Assembly: GCA_963677485.1 (NCBI GenBank)
Contig: OY781964.1
Coordinates: forward strand, 2,464,001 to 2,528,000
DNA: 64,000 nt
Direction: 5' to 3'
Source of the DNA: Armatimonadota bacterium
GTDB lineage: Bacteria > Armatimonadota > HRBIN16
Under the pieces are notes generated by a model. That model saw nothing but the letters and a program-made list of their open reading frames with translations. It made no database searches and was not told the DNA's origin. Position 1 is the stretch's first letter; each line of letters begins with the position of its first letter. This document shows positions 49,346 to 57,866 of the stretch, piece by piece. Position numbers and translations under genes: made by a program.

Positions 49346-49512
49346 CTCACGCGAAGACGCGAAGGCGCGAAGGGGGAAGATTCATCCACAGATTACGCAG
49401 ATGACACAGATTGTCTCGTGAATTGGGTAATGACCGGCGCGGTTTATCGTCCGTAAGTGCGAATGGCCGTTCACCCCTGCATCCGTCCTACTCGTCTTAC
49501 TCATCCTACCCG
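49346..49512. repeat. Composite CRCRRAK cluster plus GTCCTAC 9-mer
   Basis: ctcacgcgaagacgcgaag...catccacagattacgcagatgacacagatt in the same module order as 33342; gtcctactcgtcttactcatcctacc is an inverted copy of 15205. Confidence 0.8.
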
Positions 49513-49647
49513 TCCCGTGCTAACCACCAATACCCACAACCTGCACCGGTATGGGCGTGGCGGTTACAGCGGGGTAAAATGCATTGTAGCCATGTGATGC
49601 CTAGAACCGAACCCAGGGATAACCTCCAGAGAGTGTGATGATCCATC

Positions 49648-50841
49648 GTGAGATTATTGTTAGCCGCCGACCTGCATCTTGGTAAACCCTTCTCCAACGG
49701 CAAGAGTGGGAGTGTGACGCAGAAAAGCCTGCGCGACGCCACTCACATGGCCTTCACGAAGCTGGTCAACACCGCGATTGAAAAGCGCGTGGATGCGCTT
49801 CTGCTGGCGGGGGATATCCTCGATATCGACTTCGCGGTGCTTCGGGCGCGCCTGTTCTTCATCGGCGAGGTGAAGCGGTTGGCTGAGGCCGGGGTTCCGG
49901 TGTTCATCGTACATGGCAACCACGACCCCATGAACGGCACCAGTTGGAGCGGGCTGCCTGAGAACTGCCTTGTGTTCGGCAGCACCCCGGAGGAGAGATG
50001 CATCACCACCGCATCCGGCGAGGTGTTGAGTGTGGTGGGCTGCAGCCATCAAACCAAAAGCATTACTCAAAACCTGGCTAGTCAGTTCCCCCAGGCGCCC
50101 GATACCGATGTGAAGGTGGCCCTTCTGCACGCAAATCTGGGCGGAGTGGGAGGGCACGAGAACTACGCTCCCTGCCAGCTCAACGATCTGCAGGGCAAGG
50201 GTTACGATTTATGGCTGCTGGGGCATGTGCACACCCGTATGACGGCCCAGAAGGCTTCGCCCGCGGTTCTGTACCCGGGTTCGCTGCAGGGGCTCAGCAT
50301 CCGCGAGACCGGCGCGCATGGCGCGGTGATGGCGGAGATCAGCCATGGTCAGGTGCACACCGAGTTCCTGCCGATGGATGTGCTCCGATGGCACTCAGTT
50401 GAGCTCGACTTGACGGGGTGCGACGAGTTGCCGCATTTCTACAACAAGCTGCAGTCGGCGATGGATGCGCTGGCTTCATCGGATTTCACCTCCGTGGTGC
50501 GCCTGACGTTGAGTGGTCGAACCGTGCTTCATGATGAACTGAGAAAGTCCGAGGATGTGGCTCTGGATTTTGCCCAGGACGGAGTGGTGTTCGAGAGCGT
50601 GCGTGACAACACCCTGCCCGCCATCAACCCGGACGAGTATGAGGGCAAGGAGAGCGTGATGGGTGAAGTGGTGAAACGCAGCCGCGAGTGGGTGAATGAC
50701 GCGGAGCAGATCCAGCACCTCACCTCCCAGGCGCAGGAAATGGCGAAAAAGTATGGCTGTGAGATCACCGAAGATGACATCCGTCAAGCTGTGGCGGAGG
50801 CTGGCATCGATGCACTCGGCAGCTTAAGCGGTGAGGTTTAA
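49648..50841 (+). CDS. Mre11/SbcD-type metallophosphoesterase nuclease (YhaO-like)
   Basis: ADLHLG, AGDILD, HGNHD, LLH and LGHVH phosphoesterase motifs; YPGSLQG. Confidence 0.92.
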   Translation: MRLLLAADLHLGKPFSNGKSGSVTQKSLRDATHMAFTKLVNTAIEKRVDALLLAGDILDIDFAVLRARLFFIGEVKRLAEAGVPVFIVHGNHDPMNGTSWSGLPENCLVFGSTPEERCITTASGEVLSVVGCSHQTKSITQNLASQFPQAPDTDVKVALLHANLGGVGGHENYAPCQLNDLQGKGYDLWLLGHVHTRMTAQKASPAVLYPGSLQGLSIRETGAHGAVMAEISHGQVHTEFLPMDVLRWHSVELDLTGCDELPHFYNKLQSAMDALASSDFTSVVRLTLSGRTVLHDELRKSEDVALDFAQDGVVFESVRDNTLPAINPDEYEGKESVMGEVVKRSREWVNDAEQIQHLTSQAQEMAKKYGCEITEDDIRQAVAEAGIDALGSLSGEV

Positions 50842-50843
50842 CT

Positions 50844-53800
50844 ATGTGGATTGAGCGCATTGAGATCGAGCAGTTCCAGGCGATGAAGCAGCAGAGCATC
50901 GGGCCTCTGCAGCCGGGGATGGTGCTGTTTCTGGGCATGAACGGCGCCGGCAAGACCACCGTGATGGAGTTCATCCGCTGGGTTCTGTATGGAGATATCA
51001 CCAGTGCGGCGAATCGGCTGGCAACGGGTGAGGAAAACCACAAGAAGCAGGGTGGCATCACATTGCGTGATGCTGATAAACCGTATCACCTCCAACGAAT
51101 CCAAACACCCTCGGGCTCCAAGAAGGTCAACACCACAATCACGCTGAACGAAAAACCTGCCACACAGCCGGATGTGGATGAGCTTCTGGCGCGTATCGAC
51201 CGTGACACCTTCCGGAAAGTGTTCGCGATCGGGTTGGAGGAGCTGCGTCAGTCCGATGACATCAAGACCGTCCAGGACCGGCTTGCCTCCGCACTGCAAG
51301 GCACGGGAGCGGCAAGCCTGCCCACCGCCGTCAGCTATTTCGAGGAGGAGGCGAAAAAGTATGTCGCCTCACATGGCCGTACCAACACAGAGGCCTCAAG
51401 AGCACATACCCAATTGGGTGAGGCGAACCGGCAGATTGCGGAATTGAAGTCAGAACAAGACCAGTATGATACCCTTCTGTCCAAGCTCGCGCGGCTGCAG
51501 GCCGATAACCAGCGGCTGAAAGCGGAACAAGCCGATTTGGCTGCCAGCCTGGGCAAAGCTCAGGTGCTTGAAGCTGCCTGGGCGGACTGGTGTGAGCTTC
51601 AGGCCCTCCAGACCCAGCTTGAGCTGCAAAAGGATGCGCTAAGCTTGCCCCTGGCCCGACGCGAGGATTACCGGCAGCTCAAGGTTCAGCTTGAAGGGCT
51701 GGCCACGCAGTTGGAGGAACGGCGGTCAGAGATCGCGGAGAAGCAGCATCAACTTCAGGGGGCTGTCGATCAGACCAACCAGCCGCTGCTGGATCAACAG
51801 CAGGCCGTGCAGGACATCTGCCAGCGCATCAAGTCGCATGATGAGCTGCTTCGAGGAATCGCAACGCTGACTCGGGACTGTGAGTCGATGCGGCAGCAGA
51901 TCGAGGACGAACTCAATAAGCTAGGCCCAGGCTGGAATGAAGAACGGTTGAAACGGGCTCAAATCGACCTGCAGCTTCACACGAGGCTGAATACCACTAA
52001 CGCTGAACTGGTGAATGCGAACCAGAACCATGAGCGACTTCAGGTAGAGCAGCGGAATCTGGCACGCGAGATAGAGAGTAAGCAGCAGGAGATCACCAGT
52101 AGGCGTGATCGGCTTGCTGAATACGACGGCCTGCCTGCACTGGAGCAAGTCAACGAACGTAAAGCGCAGCTCAGCGAGTTGACCGAGAAGCTGCAGTATC
52201 GTCAGAACGTACAGACGCAGATCGCTGCGATTCCGCCTAGTGTGGCAGCACCTGCTTCACCCTGGTGGCTGCTGGTGGTCCTTGGGGTGCTGCTGATCAT
52301 CGTTGGTGGATGGCAGCTTGCGGCGGGACAACAGGCGGTCGGTATCGTGCTGATACTGGTGGGCATCGGGTTGATTGTGCTTGCACTGGGCATACGGCCA
52401 CAGACACGGTCTACCGCTCAGCCTACGGAAGCCACCAGCTCCCCGTTGGAGGAGCAACTGAACAATTATCAGAGTTCCATCGCACAGATATGCCAGCAAC
52501 TGGGTATTTCTGAGGCAGACCGCATCAGCCTGCAGCAGACGCTTGAGGACCAAACGGTGAAGGTCAGTAACTGGCTATCACTACAACGAGAGATTGAATC
52601 GCTGGAAGCCGATCTCGCCCGCTTAACCGTTCAGCAGAACAGTGAGGCCCTGCTCGATGCGGCTCAGCGGCTTCAGGGGGCGCAAACCCGCTGGGATCAG
52701 CTCATGCAGGAGATCGGTCTGCCGGAAGGCTTGACACTGGAGATGGCCCAGCATACCCTAGAGCGCATTCAGCGCACGCAGAGCATACAGCTCAAGCTGG
52801 AGCAAAACACCCAGGAGCTGGAGAAGGCCCGGGCGGTTCATGAAGAGCTCAACGGGCCGATACTGCCTCTGCAGGCACTCATCGATACCGATCCGACCGC
52901 CGCCTTGTGGATCCGGGCCGATGATTTATCCGCCCGACTCACCATGAACCTGAACTATGATTCGCAGCGCGTGATGCACGAAAGTGAAATACAACGGCTA
53001 TTGCCGTCTGTGCCTCTTATCACGAAAAAGATCGAGGAGGCCCAACAGGCGATGGCCGAAATCCTGCAGGCGTTTGGTGTGGAGGATGAGCTGCAGATGG
53101 AGCAGCAGTGCGAACGAGCTCATCGAGCCCGTGAAGTTGAGGTGAACATCAACAATCTGGAGACATCGCTGGTCGCCAGGACGGGTCCCGGCGAAGCACG
53201 GGCACGGCTTAACGAGCAACTGGCTGAGGTCACTGAGAAGCTGGAGCTAACCCAGCGTGTCCAGCAACTTCAACAGCAGATCGCGGAATCCAACACACTG
53301 GTCGACCGACAAAACACAGAGTGCGGCCAACTACAGGCGAAGATCGAGCGGCTTGGCACCGACACGGCACTGTCGGAGCAACTGGTGATCCGCGAGCAGG
53401 CCAAACAGTCGCTGCAAGAGGCGATGAAGAAGTGGCTGCGTCCGTGGCTGGCGCACAGGCTGCTGACCGACATTCAGGCGAGTTATGTTAATGAGCACCA
53501 GGGGCCTGTGCTGGCACTTGCCTCGGAGTTGATCCTGCAGATCACCAACGGCCGCATCAAGCAGCTTAAGGCGAATCCGGTGGGCAAGGAGATCGAGTTT
53601 GAGGCGATACCCAGCGATGGCTCCGAACCGCTGAAGCCGTCATACTGGAACCAGGCGCTCAGGGAGCAGGTCTACTTCGCAATCCGGCTGGGGTATATGC
53701 TGAACCACTTCGAGAACCAACGGCCGGTACCGGTGGTGCTGGATGACATCCTTGCGAATTGCGACCCTCACCACCAGCGGCGTCTAGCGGATGTGATCGC

Positions 53801-53921
53801 GGGCATCGCCCAGCGTGAGGGGCACCAGTTGCTGTTCTTCACCTGCCATCCTGAAACCGCGGAGCTGTTCCAGGGCTGCCAGCGGGGTGAAATCAGCGCG
53901 CTTCAAGTGGTGCTGGGGTAG
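50844..53921 (+). CDS. Rad50/SMC-like coiled-coil ATPase with central TM hairpin (YhaN-like)
   Basis: GMNGAGKTT Walker A; long coiled coils; two TM helices; VVLDDILANCD Walker B; FTCH. Confidence 0.9.
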   Translation: MWIERIEIEQFQAMKQQSIGPLQPGMVLFLGMNGAGKTTVMEFIRWVLYGDITSAANRLATGEENHKKQGGITLRDADKPYHLQRIQTPSGSKKVNTTITLNEKPATQPDVDELLARIDRDTFRKVFAIGLEELRQSDDIKTVQDRLASALQGTGAASLPTAVSYFEEEAKKYVASHGRTNTEASRAHTQLGEANRQIAELKSEQDQYDTLLSKLARLQADNQRLKAEQADLAASLGKAQVLEAAWADWCELQALQTQLELQKDALSLPLARREDYRQLKVQLEGLATQLEERRSEIAEKQHQLQGAVDQTNQPLLDQQQAVQDICQRIKSHDELLRGIATLTRDCESMRQQIEDELNKLGPGWNEERLKRAQIDLQLHTRLNTTNAELVNANQNHERLQVEQRNLAREIESKQQEITSRRDRLAEYDGLPALEQVNERKAQLSELTEKLQYRQNVQTQIAAIPPSVAAPASPWWLLVVLGVLLIIVGGWQLAAGQQAVGIVLILVGIGLIVLALGIRPQTRSTAQPTEATSSPLEEQLNNYQSSIAQICQQLGISEADRISLQQTLEDQTVKVSNWLSLQREIESLEADLARLTVQQNSEALLDAAQRLQGAQTRWDQLMQEIGLPEGLTLEMAQHTLERIQRTQSIQLKLEQNTQELEKARAVHEELNGPILPLQALIDTDPTAALWIRADDLSARLTMNLNYDSQRVMHESEIQRLLPSVPLITKKIEEAQQAMAEILQAFGVEDELQMEQQCERAHRAREVEVNINNLETSLVARTGPGEARARLNEQLAEVTEKLELTQRVQQLQQQIAESNTLVDRQNTECGQLQAKIERLGTDTALSEQLVIREQAKQSLQEAMKKWLRPWLAHRLLTDIQASYVNEHQGPVLALASELILQITNGRIKQLKANPVGKEIEFEAIPSDGSEPLKPSYWNQALREQVYFAIRLGYMLNHFENQRPVPVVLDDILANCDPHHQRRLADVIAGIAQREGHQLLFFTCHPETAELFQGCQRGEISALQVVLG

Positions 53922-53950
53922 ATAACCCGGATTATCGCATGAAGGCCCGC

Positions 53951-54022
53951 GTAGGGGCATGGCGTGCCGTGCCCACCACGCCCGGGCATGAAAATCGGGG
54001 GCACGGCACGCCATGCCCCTAC
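53951..54022. repeat. GTAG-type REP doublet between convergent genes
   Basis: Perfect 24 bp inverted arms GTAGGGGCATGGCGTGCCGTGCCC. Confidence 0.88.
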
Positions 54023-54031
54023 ACGTCGCCC

Positions 54032-55102
54032 CTACCGCTTGCCTAGCTCGTTCACCAGCTCAAAGTAGTATTTCGCGTTCTCCATGGGCACGTTGGCGGG
54101 GATGTGGTTGCCCACGGCCATGATGAAACCGGGACAGTCTTTGCCTGCCTTTATGCAGCGTACAACCTCGGCTTCAATCTGCTGCTTGGTGCCCCAGGTG
54201 AGGATGCGGGTGTCGGCATTGCCCACAATCACGTGAGTTTTGCCGTATTTTTCGCACATATACTCCATGTTGGTCATGGGCTCTAAAATAAAGCCGTCGG
54301 CCCCGGCGTCGGCAATATCATCGATGAACTGCGTGTAGTTGGCATCTGAGATGTAGATGAGCTTCTTGCCCTTCTGCTTCAACACGCTCCAGAGCTGCTT
54401 ATATCGGGGGAAGATATACTCACGGTAGAATTCCGGACGGAATATGGCGCCTTCGGTCCAAACCATATCGTCATGGCAGATGAATGCTTCGATATCGGTC
54501 TCCGCCCAGGCTTTGTAGTTGGCAAGGCTGACTTGAAAGATACCTTCCAGCACCTCTTCGCCGAACTGCTTGGGGTCGGTGGCCTGAGCCATCAACAACT
54601 GCTCCCAGCCGAAGCACTCAATCGCGCCGCTCATGATGGTCTTGTAATACCCACCGGGGATGAACTGGTTGGGGTAGAGCTGCCGCACCTGGTTGACCTG
54701 CTGCTGGAACATCCGGCTGCGCTCCGCGATGTCCGGCAGGCCATACTCCTTGTCTGCGCGGAACTCCAGCACCTCTTCAGGCTCGGTAAAGGGGCAGTGT
54801 ACGTCGTCGTTGCGGTCGGTTCCGCCCTCTGCATACACCGCGTGGCCCATGCTGGTGGTGCGCCCCTGCCAAACCGGGCCATCGTCGGTGTTCCACAGGA
54901 AATCCAGATCAAGATGGTCGTAGAATGCCCTCATCGCCGCATTATAGTCCACCGCGGGGTCCAACCCCACCATGTCCTGCACCAGGCTGGGGTAAGAGAA
55001 GCAATATTCGGTGCGTCCCACGCGGGGTGTGGGAGCCAGTTCCATGATGATTTTACGGCCGATATCAACAGACATTCGGGTGACCTCCAAGAGTACGAAC
55101 AC
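54032..55102 (-). CDS. Uroporphyrinogen decarboxylase superfamily protein
   Basis: CHDDMVW, YISDAN, VGNADTR and AVGNHIP motifs; true start may be ATG at 55075. Confidence 0.85.
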   Translation of the reverse strand: MFVLLEVTRMSVDIGRKIIMELAPTPRVGRTEYCFSYPSLVQDMVGLDPAVDYNAAMRAFYDHLDLDFLWNTDDGPVWQGRTTSMGHAVYAEGGTDRNDDVHCPFTEPEEVLEFRADKEYGLPDIAERSRMFQQQVNQVRQLYPNQFIPGGYYKTIMSGAIECFGWEQLLMAQATDPKQFGEEVLEGIFQVSLANYKAWAETDIEAFICHDDMVWTEGAIFRPEFYREYIFPRYKQLWSVLKQKGKKLIYISDANYTQFIDDIADAGADGFILEPMTNMEYMCEKYGKTHVIVGNADTRILTWGTKQQIEAEVVRCIKAGKDCPGFIMAVGNHIPANVPMENAKYYFELVNELGKR

Positions 55103-55487
55103 TTATGTTAGTACCATACATAATGCGGGCTTATAATGCTAGTTATGAAAAGCCAGCTCACAGACATCAAAATGGAAAGCTCGTACCATATGCCAGACCG
55201 CCCAGATAGGGCCTAGCCAGATGCCACTGCAATGTCTGTGCTGCATTCTATGGCTTTGCGTCATGGTGTTGCGCTTCCCGCTACCCGTATCATCAGATGG
55301 CAGCTAGAGCTCCACACTTTAGGGCACCCACAAAGCAATGTCCACACTGATATCTTAGTGCAAACATTATTATTACTACATCATGCATGATACAATAGTA
55401 TAATCTACCTAGTGCCCTCACTGCACCAGTTGTCGTGCCGCGTAAATACAGTGCTGATGACCCATCACCATATGGAGACTGCGACCC

Positions 55488-57854
55488 ATGAGTTTGTCAA
55501 TCAAACAAAAAGCCCTTCTTATCTTCGCGATCAGCATGGGGCTGTTCGCAGTCATTCTGTACTCTGGATCTTGGTACCTTATGTACTCAGGGATTAAAGA
55601 CCTGGAATCAGAAATCGCTGTAGCGAACCTGCAGCGTGTAAACTCCGAATATGATAGCGACATCACCTCAATGGATATCGTGGCTCAAGACTGGAGCCGT
55701 TGGCGTTTCGCGAAAACTTTGCTGCAGCCAGGTACAGACCGCCCCTTCAATGATGCTTCAGCCACATTCCCCGCTGGTAATGTAGACCACATTCTGGTGT
55801 TGAACCAGGCGAATAAGGCGGTATGGCAACGGTCGCGCGGTCTTAACGGCGCAGGCAGTAGGCCGATCCCAGCCGATATTTTAACTTCACTTCGCAACTA
55901 TGTGATGAGTAATCCCTGTCCTATCGAGGGTGATTGCCGTAATGGAATCATTCTGTTGCCGAAGACGGTACTGCTTGTTGTGGCACAGAGTATAGTCGAC
56001 CCAGCACGGCCAGGCATTACGCAAGGGCAGGTTTTAGTTAGCCGTTTGATCGATCGGGAGGCAGTACATCGGCTTCAGCGCTTTACTAGCCTGCCGATTG
56101 ATATATACCGTGTCGATGACAGAAACCTACCGGCTAATGTGAAAGCGGTGCTGTCTCAGCTTAGCTTAACGCAGCAGGCACAGCAAGACGGACAAGGGGT
56201 CATCTACAGCTACCAGAGCATCAACGACCTCAACGGTCGGCCGGCCTTGATCATGAAGGTCACGACACCCAGAAGTCTCGCCCAGCGCACCGACTTCCCC
56301 CGTCACTACATTTTGCTGACCATCATTGGTGCTGCGGCCCTCTTTGGGTTCATGATGCTCTATCTTGTATACAAGACGATTTTGAACCGAATGCTTGATT
56401 TGAAAGGCGAAGTCAGTGCCATCGCCGATGCTGGTGACTTGAACGCCCGTGTACACATAGGTGGCGGCGATGAGATTGCCCACCTGGCCACTCAAGTCAA
56501 CCAGATGCTGGAATCACTTCAGACCGCGGTGCAGGAGAAGACAGCCAGCGACCAACTCTGCGAGACGATGAGTGACAGTGCCTTCGACATCATGTTGGTG
56601 TTGGACACTCACCTGCGCATACAGTATCTCAACCGGAATGCCTGTGATTCACTTCACATCAGTGCTGATAATGCCATGGGTCGGTATATGGAAGAAATCC
56701 TTGGTGATGAAAACGGCACAGAGCTGATCACCACCATCGAACGCACGCTCAAGCTGAATAGTGGCGGACGAATCGAGCTGGTGCTTGGCAGCGATGACGC
56801 CCGGCACTACCTGCAGATGGATGTCATTCCGTTATGCAAGCCCAACGGCCGTCCAGACCGTGTGCTGCTGACCGGCAAGGATGTGACCTACGCACGCAAC
56901 CTTGAAGAGGTGATTCAACAGCAGCTTCGGTTTGAGGCCAAACTGGTCGATACCATCCCTATCCCAGTCGCATTTACCGATAATTCGGGCAATTACCTTG
57001 CTGCCAACCGTGCGTGGGCAGAGGTTTTGGGGCTGAAAGTTGAAAACATACTGAAGCACACCGTGACCGATATCTTCCCGAAACAGTTTGCGGAGGGTTA
57101 TCTGCAACTGGCAGATCAAGCAAAGTTGCAAGATGAGCCGGTTCATGGCGAACTAACCCTCGTCCTGCAGGATGGGACGACACGCCAGGTTGTTTTATTC
57201 AACTCATCGTATCGTTCGACTGATGGAAGTATGCTTGGAACTATCACCGCTGTCATGGATATTACGGAGTTAAAAAGTATACAAAGCGCTTTACAGGCCA
57301 GCGAAGCAAGGTACCGCGGAATTGTGGATTCGCAGAATGATTTGGTCGTTCGGTGCGGATTAAACGGTGACTTTACCTTTGTGAATCAAGCCTGCAGCAT
57401 CACGCTTGGTAACTCAATCAATGAGTTGCTGGGAAGCAATATCAAGCGTTTTGTTTTACCGGATGATTTGCCACTGGTTAATGAAAGTGTTCAGAAACTG
57501 ATGGTGGCACCGCATCGGCAGACATTGACACACCAGGTTCCGTGTCTGCGAGGCATTCGGTGGATCGAGTGGGAGTGCGTGGCCATTCTAGATGATAAGG
57601 GTACGATCACGGAGTTCCAGCTGAGCGGACGTGATGTGACCATTCAAAAGCAGATGCATGATGAGCTGGAGCAGCGCGTTCAAGAGAGAACGCGGGAGCT
57701 GGCTGAAGTGAACAACATGCTTCGTGACCAGTTGAACTTCGCCCATATGCACGCCGAAATGGCTAACCGTATGATAGGAATCACGCCTGATCACCTTGAG
57801 TCACGTTACGTGAGGGCCAACCAGGAGATGGCATTAAGCTGCGACGGTAACTAA
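55488..57854 (+). CDS. CHASE4-HAMP-PAS sensor; N-terminal part of a split hybrid kinase
   Basis: TM-CHASE4-like (DWSRW)-TM, HAMP DEIAHLA, three PAS domains; ends at an in-frame TAA. Confidence 0.75.
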   Translation: MSLSIKQKALLIFAISMGLFAVILYSGSWYLMYSGIKDLESEIAVANLQRVNSEYDSDITSMDIVAQDWSRWRFAKTLLQPGTDRPFNDASATFPAGNVDHILVLNQANKAVWQRSRGLNGAGSRPIPADILTSLRNYVMSNPCPIEGDCRNGIILLPKTVLLVVAQSIVDPARPGITQGQVLVSRLIDREAVHRLQRFTSLPIDIYRVDDRNLPANVKAVLSQLSLTQQAQQDGQGVIYSYQSINDLNGRPALIMKVTTPRSLAQRTDFPRHYILLTIIGAAALFGFMMLYLVYKTILNRMLDLKGEVSAIADAGDLNARVHIGGGDEIAHLATQVNQMLESLQTAVQEKTASDQLCETMSDSAFDIMLVLDTHLRIQYLNRNACDSLHISADNAMGRYMEEILGDENGTELITTIERTLKLNSGGRIELVLGSDDARHYLQMDVIPLCKPNGRPDRVLLTGKDVTYARNLEEVIQQQLRFEAKLVDTIPIPVAFTDNSGNYLAANRAWAEVLGLKVENILKHTVTDIFPKQFAEGYLQLADQAKLQDEPVHGELTLVLQDGTTRQVVLFNSSYRSTDGSMLGTITAVMDITELKSIQSALQASEARYRGIVDSQNDLVVRCGLNGDFTFVNQACSITLGNSINELLGSNIKRFVLPDDLPLVNESVQKLMVAPHRQTLTHQVPCLRGIRWIEWECVAILDDKGTITEFQLSGRDVTIQKQMHDELEQRVQERTRELAEVNNMLRDQLNFAHMHAEMANRMIGITPDHLESRYVRANQEMALSCDGN

Positions 57855-57866
57855 CTCGACTTTTGG

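Noticed and set aside
49648-53921. Wadjet or Lamassu defence system
   Set aside because: No JetA/B/D or Lmu effector partners; the architecture fits a YhaO/YhaN-like pair.
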